Both the position numbers and the translations under genes were made by a program. The notes under the pieces were generated by a model. That model searched no databases. It saw only the letters and a program-made list of their open reading frames with translations, and was not told the origin of the DNA. Below are positions 1 to 11,360 of a stretch of 64,000 nt of DNA, one piece after another. Source of the stretch: an uncultured Chloroflexia bacterium (lineage in GTDB: Bacteria; Chloroflexota; Limnocylindria; Limnocylindrales; CSP1-4); NCBI GenBank assembly GCA_963789865.1, contig CAWBMD010000002.1, forward strand, positions 322,543 to 386,542, read 5' to 3'. Within the stretch, counting starts at the first letter, position 1; every line of letters begins with the position of its first letter.

Positions 1-521
1 TGCCGGACCCGGGCACGCAGCCGCAGATGGCGAAGAAGTCGGGCGTGTACAGGTCGATGACCCGGCGGCCTTCTCGGGCCCGTAGTCGTCGACGGTGCGC
101 TCGATGCAGCCGCCGCTTGCCGCAGACACGGACGATCGTGCCGCGCGGCAGCCGCATCGCCGTGGTGCCGCTGTCGTAGAAGGTCGCGTACCCGGAGATC
201 GTGTACCGCGGCGGCTTCAGGCCGCAGCCGGAGTGCGCTGCGGGCTGGTCACGTTCGGCCGAGAGCTCGGCACCCTGAGCCGCCGCCGGGCTCGACGAAC
301 CTGCCGGATGCGTCGATGTAGCCTTCCGAACGCAGGGCGGCGTCGAGCGGGCCCGGGGCGGGTTGCGCCCGAGCATTCGCGAAGACGGTCACCGAAGTGA
401 AGGCGGCCGACTGCAGGTCCCGGGCGACGGACGGGCTCCTCGATCCCGCAGGTACCGGCATGCCGGCCAGGGCGATCGCAGCGATGAGCGCCGCGGTCGC
501 GACGACCATCCTGCGTCGCAT
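1..521 (-). CDS. RlpA-like double-psi beta-barrel secreted protein; 3' end runs off the window; frame broken at least twice
   Basis: ATG at 521. Signal-peptide-like MRRRMVVATAALIAAIALAG. Downstream pieces GYATFYDSGTTAMRLPRGTIVRVCG / SGGCIERTVDDYGPEKAAG / VIDLYTPDFFAICG lie in three minus-strand frames. Confidence 0.5.
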
Positions 522-564
522 ACTGGCGGAGGGTACCCGATCCGGGAAGTCTTGCCGGTTGCGG

Positions 565-2575
565 TCATGGGTCAATGGCATCCATCTGGGGGCCGGCCGG
601 CCCGCAGGAGGAACCATCGACGTGACGTGAGCGCGAGCCAGGGATCGTGCCTGGCCGTCCGGGGATCAGTGGACGACGGTCGATCCCTGCTGCGAGGCAG
701 CTCAGGCGCCCGACGGAGTCGCCCGACCAGGCAAGCACCTGGACCGTGGTGTTGCCCGCCGCCCGGGGCGCGGACCACACGAGCCGGCCCGCCTCGAGCG
801 AGACGCCGGCGAATGCCGGCGCCTCGTCGAGGAGCGGATGGTCAAGGTCGGCGCGACCGGTGGCCGGGTCGATCGGGTACAGGCTCAGGGATCCGGCGGC
901 CCCGGCACCCTTCCCGGCGGTCCACACGGCGAGCATCGTGCCGTCCTGGTCCCAGTGGACCTCCCAGTCCGCGAGGGCGCCGTCGTGAAGCACCTGTGCT
1001 ACCCTGCGCCGTCCCGTGGCCCAGGCACCCAGGACCAGGCGACCGTCGCCCGGCACAGGGTCACGCCGTCGCCGGCGAGCGACAACGTGCCGTCCCACCA
1101 GACGGCGGCCTTGTGATTGGGACTCACCGCGGGCCGCCACGTCGATACCCGGCTCCGACGGTCGTCTCGGACCCGACACCAAGGTTCATGAGGGCCGTCT
1201 CGGGCTGCCGTCCACGACCCGGCTCACCAGCAGGCGTTCGTCCAGCCAGCCGGAGAACACGGAGGCGTGATCGGTGGTGACCGCGCGCGCCCCGGCGTCG
1301 CCGACGTTCCAGACGTAGACGTCCGGCCCCACGGACCCGTCGGCCGGCCGGGCGGTGAAGGCGAACCTGGACCCGTCGGAGAGTAGGCCGCCAGCGAGCC
1401 GACGACGATGACATCGCGCGCGATCTCGATCGCTCCGTCCGAGGCGGCGTCACCTCGATGGTCGCGTCGGCACCGGTGCACTTGGCTCGGGCGAGAGGGG
1501 CGCGGTGGCGGATGGTGCGGGGAGTGCGGTGGCCGGCGCACCGGGGGAAGCCGGGGCACCCGTGTCGCGGGACCAGGCGTGGGCGAGGGACCCGTGGTCG
1601 TGATCGCCGAGGAGCTCGGCGTGACCGAGGGAGACGGGCCGGGCGAGGCCGAGGCATCCGGCGTCGGAGGAGCGGCCGTCGTCGAGGGGCCCGGCGAGGC
1701 CGAGGGAGACGGGCCGGGCGAGGCCGAGGCATCCGGCGTCGGAGCAGCGGCCGTGGTCGAGGGACCACGCGTCGGAGGAGCCGCGGTGGCGGAGGGGCCC
1801 GGCGTCCCCGTGTCGGTGGAGGCGGTCGGAGCCGCGGTCGGCCCGGGCGTCGCGGTCGGGACGGCGAGGGACGCCGATGGGACCGGGGGCGCGGTTCCCA
1901 CGGTCAGGACGTAGACGCCGGTGGCCCCGTCGCCGCGCTCCACGACGACCATCTGGTCCCGTGAGGGCGAGATGATCGCGTCGAGGGCGGAGGAGCCTGA
2001 GAGCGCCGCGGTCGTCGTGACATCGAACGAGGGCGAGATCCCGCAGGCCTCGGCCCCCATGGGGCAGACCTGGTCGAGGCGACGGGTGAGGATCTGGACC
2101 GTGCCGTCCTGGCCGCGGCTCACGACCTGGACGTCCGTCGCCGCCACGTTGATCGGCGTGGGCATCGGTCCCTCGCCGTTGCTCGTGCTGCTGGGGAAGA
2201 GGGCCCGGCTGTTGAGCAGACCGGCACCGACGACGATCGCGACGACCAGGAGCGCCGCGACAGGCGCCAGCGGCACGGTGCGCACGCGCGACCAGGCGCG
2301 GCCACCACGAGCCACGTGCGCCCTCGGACTCGAGCGCGGCGGACGTGCGGGCCCACAGGTCCCGGGGCGGCTCCGGGGGCGAGACGGAGCGATCGCAGGG
2401 CGGAGCGCTGGTCGTCGTACTCGGCGGCGACGGCGCCGCAGTCGGGGCAGCCGGCGAGGTGATCCGTCGAGCCAGCCGCCGTCGGCGGCCGGGAGCGGCT
2501 CGTCCAGGCGGGCGGCGGCGAGCTCGCGGGCGCGGTCGTGGTCCGCGGCGCCGGGCACGGGGAAGGCGGGCTCAT
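565..2575 (-). CDS. zf-HC2 anti-sigma factor with a single TM helix, a Pro/Thr/Ser linker and a large TolB-like beta-propeller ectodomain; multiple frameshifts; 3' end (565 or 666) uncertain
   Basis: ATG at 2575 forms an ATGA overlap with the sigma stop if the C5 run at 2584-2588 is read as C4. Motifs: HLAGCPDCGAVAAEYDD; TM LAPVAALLVVAIVVGAGLL; YSP.GSRFAFTARPADGSVGPDVYVWNVGD; WEVHWDQDGTMLAVW; LSLYPIDPATG. The pieces sit in different frames. Confidence 0.55.
1627..1776. repeat. 75-bp tandem duplication (2 units, 25 codons each) in the anti-sigma linker
   Basis: gagggagacgggccgggcgaggccgaggcatccggcgtcggag... occurs at 1627 and again at 1702 with a few mismatches. It encodes PDASASPGPSPS(A/V)(S/T)P... 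twice. Confidence 0.8.
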
Positions 2576-3147
2576 GAGCGGGACCCCCGGCCGGTGGTCC
2601 GCGGCGGCGTCGGCGTCCGCGATCGCCTGGCGTTCCGCGGCGAGCGCCTGGCGCAGGCTCTCCCGGGCCCGGGTCAGCAGCGCGCGGGCGGCGACGTGGG
2701 ACACGCCGAGCGCGGCAGCGAGCTCGAGGCCGGTGAGGTCGTGGAGCTCGGCCAGCAGGAGCGCTGAGCGCTGTCGCTCCGGGATCCGCTCGAGCGCCCG
2801 CTGGAGCTCGCCCGAGAGGTGGGCCTCCATCACGAGGTGCTCGGCGGACGGCGCCGTGTTGCGCGATCTCGCCGACGAGCGGGATGAACCGGATGATCCG
2901 TTGCGCCGGAGGTCGTCCAGGGCGACCCGGTGGGCGATCTGGTACAGCCAGGCGCGCGCGTTCTCCGGCTTCTCGCAGCGAGTCGTAGGCCTTGTACGCC
3001 TTGACGAACGCGTCCTGCGTGAGGTCCGCCGCCAGCTCCGGGTCGCGGAGCATGCGCAGCAGGTAGGCGTAGATCTCGTTCTGGTGCCTGGCGAACAGGT
3101 CCTCGACGAAGCGGATAGGCCTCGTCGCGATCCCACCCGGCGCTCAC
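2572..3147 (-). CDS. ECF-type RNA polymerase sigma-70 factor (frameshifted)
   Basis: GTG at 3147. Pieces VSAGWDRDEA / IRFVEDLFARHQNEIYAYLLRMLRDPELAADLTQDAFVKAYKAY / ARAWLYQIAHRVALDDLRR. Region 4: IPERQRSALLLAELHDLTGLELAAALGVSHVAARALLTRARESL. Pieces lie in 3 frames. Confidence 0.75.
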
Positions 3148-3316
3148 GGCGAGGCCGCACGGGCAGGACCCGTCGCTGTTCGAGCTCGAAGGGATCGGCG
3201 ACCACGAATGCTCCGGTTGAGTGAAGGGACAGGCTCCCGCGACCGGGAGCAGCGTGCTCCCGAGCCGCTGTGACGATGTCGACTGCCAGCCGTGTGACGG
3301 CCTCCCCCCGCCCCCG

Positions 3317-4323
3317 TCATCGACGCGGGTGCTCCGGCGGGGCCTCCGTGCCGGGCCCGGACCGCAGCTCGTCCACCGCGTCCTCCGGCGACACCGGGTT
3401 GACCGGGAGGCCGGTGCCCAGCTCCAGGCCCGCGATCTCGCGCAGCCGGGGGTGGATCTCCCAGTGCCAATGGTACGTCGCGTCGACCTGCTCCTGGAGC
3501 GGGGCCGTGTGGAGGACGAGGTTGTAGGGCGGCCCGTCGAGGCTGGCCGAGAGGCGGCTGAGGACGTGGCGCAGCGCCTCCGCGGTGGCGGCGACGTCGC
3601 GGTCCGATGCGCGGGCGAAGTCCGCGTCATGGCGCCGCGGGACCACCCAGACCTCGAACGGCGACCGGGACGCGTACGGGGCGAAGGCGACCGCGTGGTC
3701 GTCCGCGTAGAGCAGGTGGTCCGGTCGGCGGACCTCCTCGCGGACGAGCCGGCAGTACGGGCACTCCCCTTCCCGGATCAGGAAGCGGGCCGCGCCGCCC
3801 AGCTCCTCCGCGACCCGGTGCGGGATCTGGGGCAGGTCGTAGAGGTCGAAGCACAGGTGGTTGGTCCGGGCACCCGCCTGGCCGCCCCAGTTCTGGACGA
3901 TCTGCAGGTGCTGCGTCCGGTTGGCCGCCCGGGCGACGTGGATCTCGTCGCGGGAGCGGGCGAGCAGGCCCTCGATCGTGGCCGTGCCGACGGCGTGCAG
4001 CGGCCGGTGCTCGCCCGGCGGGCGCGACGACCGTCCGCCACGAGCCCGCGGCGCGCGCGTCCGAGATCGTGACCTGGGCCACCGAGCCCTCGCGCGCGCG
4101 CGCCTCCTGCTCGGTGCCGGCCACCGTGAACGCGAAGTCCTTGAGCATGCGGAGGCGGATCGCCGTCGCCGGCCGGCATGCGGCAGTTGAAGCAGTCGCC
4201 GCGGTCGTCGATGGGCAGCGCCGGCGTCGCGAACCGCTCGCGCGCGAACGTCCGGTCCACGATCGTCGCCACCCACCAGCCGGTGATGGCGTCCTTGCGC
4301 AGCTCGAACAGGCCCTGGCTCAT
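3317..4323 (-). CDS. galactose-1-phosphate uridylyltransferase (GalT) family protein with a non-canonical active-site motif; 2 frameshifts
   Basis: ATG at 4323. Pieces MSQGLFELRKDAITGWWVATIV, Zn-site-like DCFNC, QNWGGQAGARTNHLCFDLYDLPQIP (the position of HPHGQ) and a second half-domain YHWHWEIHPRL. N-terminal pieces lie in two other frames. Confidence 0.7.
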
Positions 4324-5147
4324 CGCGCAGCGCTCGCCGGGCTCACGCGGGCACCGCGCCGGCGAGGCGCTCCGGCTCGAGGCTGCCGCGCGCTCCACCG
4401 CGGGATCGGCGTCCGGGGGCAGGCGGCCCGTCGAGCGGCGCCTCGATGCCGGGTCGCGAACGCACGGCGCGAAGACGCGCGGCGGCCCGGCGACGCTCTC
4501 GGTGGACGGCCGCTCGTCGCGGCGGCCCAGCTCGCGACGCGATCGAGGTGGACGCGAGGCCGGGCATCCCGCACGGGTCGATGAGGCCGAAGTCCGAGAG
4601 GTCCACGCTGACGTTGAGCGCGATGCCGTGGTAGCTCACGCCGCGCTCGACGCGGAGGCCGAGGGCGCCGATCTTGCGCGGCAGCGGCCCGTCCGGGTCC
4701 ACCCAGCAGCCGGGGTGGCCCTCGCGGCGGCCGGCGGTGACGCCCGAACGCGGCGCAGTGTCCGACGAGCGCGCCCTCGAGGGCCCGCACGAACGGCCGA
4801 AGCAGGAGACCGCGGTCCGCCAGCCGGACGATCGGGTACGCCACGAGCTGGCCGGGACCGTGGTAGGTCACCTCGCCGCCGCGCTCCACGCGGAGCAGCT
4901 CGATGCCGCGCGCCTCGAGCAGCGCCGGCCGGGGCGAGGACGTGGGAGTCGTCCGCCTGCGCGGCCGAGGGTCAGCACGGCGGGGTGCTCGAGCAGCAGC
5001 AGCTGGTCGCCGATCCGGTCCGCCGCCCGGGCCGCCGGCGAGGCGCTTCTGGAGGTCCCAGGCGTCCCGGTAGCCGATCCGCCCGAGCCAGTGCGCCGCC
5101 AGCGGGGCGCCGGGGATCGCCGTGGGCTCGTTCGGGCGGGGCTCCAT
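4320..5147 (-). CDS. lipB: lipoyl(octanoyl) transferase (frameshifted, C-terminal end approximate)
   Basis: Pieces WLGRIGYRDAWDLQKRLA, LLLLEHPAVLTLGRAG, RVERGGEVTYHGPGQLVAYPIV, KIGALGLRVERGVSYHGIALNV and DPCGMPGLASTSIA in 3 frames. The stop of the first frame overlaps the GalT ATG (ATGA). Confidence 0.7.
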   Translation of the reverse strand: MEPRPNEPTAIPGAPLAAHWLGRIGYRDAWDLQKRLAGGPGGGPDRRPAAAARAPRRADPRPRRRTTPTSSPRPALLEARGIELLRVERGGEVTYHGPGQLVAYPIVRLADRGLLLRPFVRALEGALVGHCAAFGRHRRPPRGPPRLLGGPGRAAAAQDRRPRPPRRARRELPRHRAQRQRGPLGLRPHRPVRDARPRVHLDRVASWAAATSGRPPRASPGRRASSRRAFATRHRGAARRAACPRTPIPRWSARQPRAGAPRRRGARVSPASAAR

Positions 5148-5283
5148 ACCCGCACGATAGCAGCCGGCGCCGCACCCGCCGCTGCCTGCTAGGCTGGGCT
5201 CAACCCATCGTCCCCAGCCAGGGACGACGGGCGAGGGCCCGGAGGTGCCGGAACCACTTCCGGGTCCGTCTTCATTCCCGGGC

Positions 5284-7156
5284 TCAGCCCCGGAGCGCGA
5301 ACCACATGATCGGGACGAGGCGGTCCGGGCGGCGGTCGCCCTCGAAGCGGACGAGGTGCGGCACCACGCGGTGGGCGGTCCGGTGGCCGGCGAACCAGAT
5401 CGGCTTCGGCCAGGCGCGGAACGGCGAGCGGACCACGGTCTTCTCCACCCGCTCGAACATCAGCGGGTTGTGGACGAAGCCGGTCCCGGACCCGATGTCC
5501 GGTGCGGACGTGGCCCGGGATACGCGCCCCACGGCGTGATCCCGAGGCCGTACCCGATCGCCGACCAGTGGTTGAGCGAGACCGTCCCGTAGCGCAGGTC
5601 GTCGATCGCCCGCTCGACAGCGGGGCCCGACGGCCGGGTCCCGCGCCGTCCGCGGGTCCACGATGAGCGTCGCGTTGAGCGTCCCCCACAGCGTCTCGTT
5701 CGCGAAGCGCACCGCGCGCTCGAGGAAGGCGGCCGCGTCCGGCGCATCGATCGTGGTCTCCGCGGTGACGCTGCAGAACGCCTCGATGCGGTAGCACGGG
5801 TCTCCCACGGCGTCCGGCGAGAGGTCCGGGATCAGCATCCACGGCAGGTGCCCGTCGCCGGGCCTCGCCGAAGCGCTCCGCCTCCGGGTGCACCTCGCCG
5901 AAGGCCGCGAACCGCTCCGGCGCCCCCGGGTAGTAGGCCAGGCGCGTCGGCAGCGCGGCCAGGCGCGCGCCGGATCCGGTCCATCAGCGCGGCGCGCTGC
6001 GGCCAGCCCGCCGGCCGTGACGATGACCCGCGAGGTCGTGCAGTTGAAGCCGGCGTTGTTCGTGAGCATCGTCGACGATGTTCTCGGCGTGGTAGTCCAG
6101 GTCCGACGGGCTCCAGCGGCCGGGCACCACGATGATCGGGCGTCAGGTTGCCCAGCTCCGCGGTGAACGGCTTGTGCAGCACCGGGTCGTCGCGGTGCTT
6201 GCGGTCCGCGCCCTCCCGGCCCGGTGCCGATAGACGATGGCCTCGTAGGTGCGGTCGGCGCCGGTGATGTGGAGCGTGTCCACGCCCGGGTGACGGGCGA
6301 GGTGCGCCACCCTCCAGCGGCGCCGCCGTGGACGATCCGCAGGACGCCCGCGCGGACGAGCGGTGCGAGGGCCGCCGCCTGCACCTCGTCCAGGTGCGCC
6401 ATCACCGGGTGCATCTTGAGGACCACGACCTGGAGCTCCACGAACAGCTTGTGGAGCACGTCGAGCGGGCCGATCGAGGAGGCGTTGCCGCCGCCGAGCA
6501 CGAGGCACACGCGCCCGGGCGGCGGCTGCCGGTACGGCGTGGCCATCGTGGACGGCAGCGACTCGGCCGTGACCGCGCGGTCCATCCAGACGTCGGCGTC
6601 GGTGCCGATGTACGTCGCGCGGTCGACGAGGCCCGCCGGGAACACGCGCGCCGTCACGCGCCCGTCCGGGAGCGTCCGCACGGGACCCGGGATGTGCGGC
6701 ACGCCCGCGCGGGCGATCGCCCTGATCGCGTCACGATGGAGCCGGGCCCCGCGCACGAAGATGTACGGCCCGACGATCGATTCCTCGGCCGAGTCCGGTC
6801 CCGCCGGGTCCAGGCCCTCGTGCCGGGAGGCGAGCTCCGTCCAGCGGTCCGCGACGGGGAGCGTCGCCCGGATCACCTCGTCCAGGAGCCGGATCCGTGC
6901 CTCGGGCGTGGCCCGGACCCAGCCGTCGGCCGCCGCCCGGAGCTCGGCGACGGCGACGTCCAGCGCGGCGACGGGCGTCACGTCCGGCACGGGCAGGCGC
7001 GGGACGTACGGGTACGGCCCGGCCGGGATGACCGGACCGGACCCGGACGGCGCCGGACGTGAGGGCGGGAGTGCGGACGACACGATGCGGCGGCTCGGCT
7101 GGCGGGGTGCGGCACACGATCGGACGAACCCGGGTGGCCGGTTGACGCTGACCATG
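5284..7156 (-). CDS. aldehyde dehydrogenase family protein (at least 5 frameshifts; start uncertain)
   Basis: Pieces LVLGGGNASSIGPLDVLHKLF, VAHLARHPGVDTLHITGADRTYEAIVY, LHKPFTAELGN, NNAGFNCTTSRVIV (catalytic Cys context), FANETLWGTLNATLIVDP, YGTVSLNHWSAIGYGLGITPWGAYPG and GFVHNPLMFERVEKTVV. Confidence 0.6.
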
Positions 7157-7217
7157 ATGCCCGGTGCCGGCCCGGGCCGGGGGGGAGCGCTCCTCCGGAC
7201 GGCCGCGCTCGCGACGC

Positions 7218-8365
7218 CTACGCCGGGTCGAGGCCGAACCAGCGTGCGTGACGCTCTCGCCCGAACGCCGCCTTCTCGGCAGCGGTCTCGGGCGATGGTT
7301 CGGTGAACGTGCCGGTCGGATGGCCCGGCGTGGAGAAGAAGTCCACGTGCACGCGCCGCCACCTCGTGGTTGCCGAGCTCGATCCAGCACGCGCCGGTAC
7401 CGTCATACCCGGGCGGCTCGGCCTCGCCGCGGATGCGCGCGATGAGCTGGTCCGCGATGACCCGCGCCGCGCGCTCGGCGAAGACGCCGGCCTTCGGCGT
7501 GCCCACGCTCGTGACGTCGCCGACCGCGTAGACGCCCGGGTACCGCGTGGCCCCTGACCCGGGGTCGACCGGGATCCAGCCGTTGTGCGTCATGCCCGAG
7601 GCCGAGACCACGTCCGGCACACGGTGCACGGGAACGCCCAGGAACAGGTCGAACGGCAGGACGGTGCCGTCGCCGAGGAGCGCCTCGTGCCTGTCGGGGT
7701 CGAGGGCGATCACCACGGCGGTCCGGGATGAACTCGATGCCGCGCTCCGCGAACCGCGCGAGGATCGCGTCCGAGGTCGCCTCCGACGGCGGCACGGGCC
7801 GCCCGAACGGGATCACCACCTGGATCTTCACGGCATCGCGCCGGCCGCGCTCGCGCAGGTGCTCGTCGAGGAGCAGGGCCGTCTCGCTGGGCGCCGGCGG
7901 ACACTTGAACGGCGTGCCGCAGATGCCGACGATGGCGGTGCCGCCCGTGAACCCCGGCAGGATCCGGCGGACGGTCTCTGCACCGGCCATCGAGTAGAAC
8001 TCGTGGCCGACCTCGGCCAGGCCCGGCGTCGCCGCGACGTCGTAGCCGGCGCCCAGCGCTACCACCATGACATCGGCCTCGTAGGCGCCACCGTCGGTGA
8101 CGACGCGGCGGTTCTCCGGGTCGATCGAGGTGATGGTCTCCCGGAGGAATCGGACTGGGGCGTCGCGTATCCGCTGTACGTCAAGTCGGACCGCCTCGGG
8201 CGTCCGCTTGCCGAACATGACGTCCAGCTTGGAGAAGCCGAACACGAATGCGTCCGCCCGGTCGATCAGTGTGACCTCGACCCGGTCGCCCAGCTGACGG
8301 GAGAGGCGGGATGAGAGCTCCAGGCCGCCGAACCCGGCCCCGAGGACGAGGACTGAGGTGGTCAT
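7218..8365 (-). CDS. FAD-dependent pyridine nucleotide-disulfide oxidoreductase, sulfide:quinone reductase / NDH-2-like (2 frameshifts)
   Basis: ATG at 8365. Pieces MTTSVLVLGAGFGGLE (dinucleotide fold), GICGTPFKCPPAPSE, GVYAVGDVTSVGTPKAGVFAE and C-terminal VDFFSTPGHPTGTF in another frame. Confidence 0.7.
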
Positions 8366-8499
8366 CAGCCCAGCATAGGGCGATGTGCCGAATGGCATGG
8401 GCCGAATGGCACACAGCGCATCAGCCGTCGGGGCACCGCATGGGCTGAGTCCCTCGATAACGGGTGTCGCGCGCTGGTCTACGCTCATCCTGCGAGACC

Positions 8500-8943
8500 A
8501 TGAGTGCACCAGCGATCACGGAGGGCTTGGCGATGGGCGTCGATGAGGGCGGCGTGCGGGAGATGCGGCTCGTGGTCACCGCCGCGGACTACGACGAGGC
8601 TCTCGCGTTCTACCGGGACGTCCTGGGGCTCCGGCAGAAGGCCGTGTTCTCGTCGCCCGGCGGCAGGGTGACGCTGCTCGACGCCGGGCGGGCGACGATC
8701 GAGCTTGCCGACCCGCCCCACGCAGCGTACGTGGACGAGGTGGAGGTGGGCCGGCGCGTGGCCGGCCACATCCGCGTCGCGTTCGAGGTTGCCGATGCTG
8801 CCGCGACCACGGCGCGACTCGCGGCAGCGGGGGCCACCGTCCTGGCGGATCCGGTCGAGACGCCGTGGCGGTCGCTCAACTCGCGGCTGGATGGACCGGC
8901 GGGGCTGCAGCTGACGCTGTTCGAGGCGCTCGAGCCCGAGTGA
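8500..8943 (+). CDS. VOC (glyoxalase/bleomycin-resistance fold) family protein
   Basis: Intact ORF. Pieces MRLVVTAADYDEALAFYRDVLGL, ATIELADPPH and ETPWRSLNSRLDGPAGLQLTLFE. The start could be 8464, 8500 or 8533. Confidence 0.7.
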   Translation: MSAPAITEGLAMGVDEGGVREMRLVVTAADYDEALAFYRDVLGLRQKAVFSSPGGRVTLLDAGRATIELADPPHAAYVDEVEVGRRVAGHIRVAFEVADAAATTARLAAAGATVLADPVETPWRSLNSRLDGPAGLQLTLFEALEPE

Positions 8944-9000
8944 CGGTCTCGTCCAGACGAGAGGGCGACCAAACGACACCGCCCGACTACCATCAGGGCC

Positions 9001-9857
9001 ATGGAGACGATCCGGGTCCAGGTCGCTGACGGCGTCGAGCTTGCCGTGGACGCGTGGGCGCCGGCGGAGGCGGAGGGGGCCGCCTTTCCTGCTCGTGCAC
9101 GGCCTGGCCTCGAATGCGCGGATGTGGGACGGCGTCGCCGCTGCCCTGACTGCCGCCGGCTATCCCGCATTCACCGTGGATCTCCGGGGACACGGCCGCT
9201 CGTCGAAGCCGAACGGGCCGTACGACGTCCCGACCGTGGCCGCGGACCTGGCGGCCGTGATCGAGCACCTGGGCCTCGATCGGCCCGTGGTCGCCGGGCA
9301 ATCCTGGGGCGGCAACGTGGTGCTCGAGCTGGCCGCGCGCCGTCCCGACCTCGTCCGCGGGGTCGCCTGCGTGGACGGTGGCTGGCTGGAGCCGAGCCGC
9401 GAGTTCGCCGACTGGGACGCCTGCCGCGAGGCCCTCGCGCCGCCGCGGCTTGCCGGGCGCCGGCTCGTCGAGATCGAGGGCTACGTCCGCTCTGCGCACC
9501 CGGACTGGCCGGAGACCGGGATCCAGGGCGTCCTCGGGAACTTCGAGATCCGGCCGGACGGCACGGTGGCCCCGTGGCTCACGTTCGACCACCACATCAA
9601 GGTCCTCCGCGGACTCTGGGAGCATCACCCCTCGGGGCTGTACGCGGGCGTCGCGGTTCCGGTCCTGCTCGTGCCGGCCGATGGGGGTGGAGGTGATCGT
9701 GTCGTGCGGAAGCGCCGTGACGTCGAGGCGGCCGCGACGACCATCCCGAACGCCCGCGTCCGGTGGTTCAGCGGGCGACCACGACATCCACGCCCAGCAC
9801 CCGGCCGAACTGGCCGGTGTGATGCACGACCTCTCCGCCGACGGGTTCTTCGCATGA
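9001..9857 (+). CDS. alpha/beta hydrolase (2 frameshifts)
   Basis: Pieces METIRVQVADGVELAVDAW, then FLLVHGLASNARMWD, the nucleophile elbow GQSWGG, and the C-terminal DHDIHAQHPAELAGVM in a third frame. Confidence 0.75.
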
Positions 9858-9870
9858 CCGGGCGGCTCCA

Positions 9871-11178
9871 ATGAGCGATCCGCGCCTCCTGGCGATCATG
9901 GGGTCGGGCGAGACTGCGCCCACGATGGCGAAGGTCCACCGGGCGCTGTTCGAGCGGCTGGGCGCGGGGCCGGTGCCGGCAGCCATCCTCGACACACCCT
10001 ACGGGTTCCAGGAGAACGCGGACGACCTGAGCGCCAGGACGGTCAGGTTCTTCGCGGAGAGCGTCGGCCGGGTGGTGGGAGTCGCCTCGTACCGGTCCGG
10101 GAGGTCGACGCGATGACGGCTGCGACGGCCGTCGCACGGCTCCGCCCCGCGCGGTACGTCATGGCCGGGCCCGGCAGCCCGAGCTATGCCCTCCGCCAGT
10201 GGGCCGGCGGCCCGATCCCGCCGGCACTCGCAGCCCTGCTCCGGGAGGGCGGCATCCTGACGATGGCCAGCGCGGCGGCGCTCACGCTCGGGGCCGTGAC
10301 GATCCCGGTCTACGAGATCTACAAGGTTGGCGCGGAGCCGGCGTGGCTGCCGGGCCTCGACCTCCTGGGGGAGGCGACCGGGCTGCGGGCGGCGGTCGTC
10401 CCCCACTACGACAACGCCGAGGGCGGGAACCACGACACCCGGTTCTGCTACATGGGCGAACGCCGGCTGCGGATCCTGGAGCGACAGCTGCCGCCGGACA
10501 CGTTCGTCCTGGGCGTCGACAGCCACACGGCGCTCGTTCTGGACCTCGATGGCGGGGACGCCTCCGTCCTGGGCCTCGGCGGGGTCACGATCCGGGTGGA
10601 CGGCCGATCCGCGGTCTTCCCTGGCGGCAGCGAGGTGACGATCGCGTCGTTGGGCGACGCCGCCCGTGCGCTCGCTGCGGGCCAGGAACCCATGACCGAT
10701 CGGGCGGCCGGAGTGCCAGGAAGCGGGCACCCCCGACCCCACGGGCGTCACGGCGTCGCGCGTGGTCGAGTCGCTGCGGGACGAGACGGCGGGTCTCGAG
10801 GGCATGTTCGTCGCGGCACTGGCCGGCGGCGACGATCACGGCGCCGTGGCCGCTCTCCTCGACCTCGATGAGGCGATCGAGGCCCGGGTCCGCGCCGGCG
10901 AGGACAGCCCCGACCTCGATAACGCCAGGTCCACGTTCCGATCGCTGATCGTGCGCCTGGGCGAGATGGCGGCCGATGGCGGTGGAACCGATCCGCGGGC
11001 CGCGGCGGAACCGTTCGTCGAGGCTCTGCTGGACGTGCGTTCCCGAGCCCGCGAGACGCGGGACTGGGCCACGGCGGATCTCGTGCGTGACCGGCTCACC
11101 GCCGCCGGTGTCGAGGTCCGCGACAGCGCCGAGGGCTCCACCTGGACCCTGGCGGGTCCGAGTTTCGCTGAAACCTGA
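9871..11178 (+). CDS. peptidase-S51/cyanophycinase-like domain protein with a CysRS/MshC-type C-terminal tail (probably one gene, 2 frameshifts)
   Basis: Pieces LAIMGSGETAPTM, VMAGPGSPSYALRQW, MASAAALTLG and C-terminal RDWATADLVRDRLTAAGVEVRDSAEGSTW. Frames change at about 10105 and about 10740. Confidence 0.5.
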
Positions 11179-11360
11179 CCTGATGCCTCGGGTCTGTGTG
11201 GGTGCCTGAACGCACATATGAGCGGATCGGGTACAGGCGTCATGGCGGACCACCCTCGGGTGCCGAGACTCGGTCCTCGAACGGGGCTGCCAGATGGTGG
11301 TCCAAGTGAACAATTCGGGCATCCGGAAGGCCCACCAGGCGCGAGCCGTCGACCGGTCCG

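Noticed and set aside
9871-10871. Two separate genes joined by an ATGA overlap at 10113-10116
   Set aside because: The conserved AGPGSPSY block follows directly after the junction, and dropping one G near 10100 gives a continuous domain. A single frameshifted gene seems more likely, but two genes cannot be excluded.
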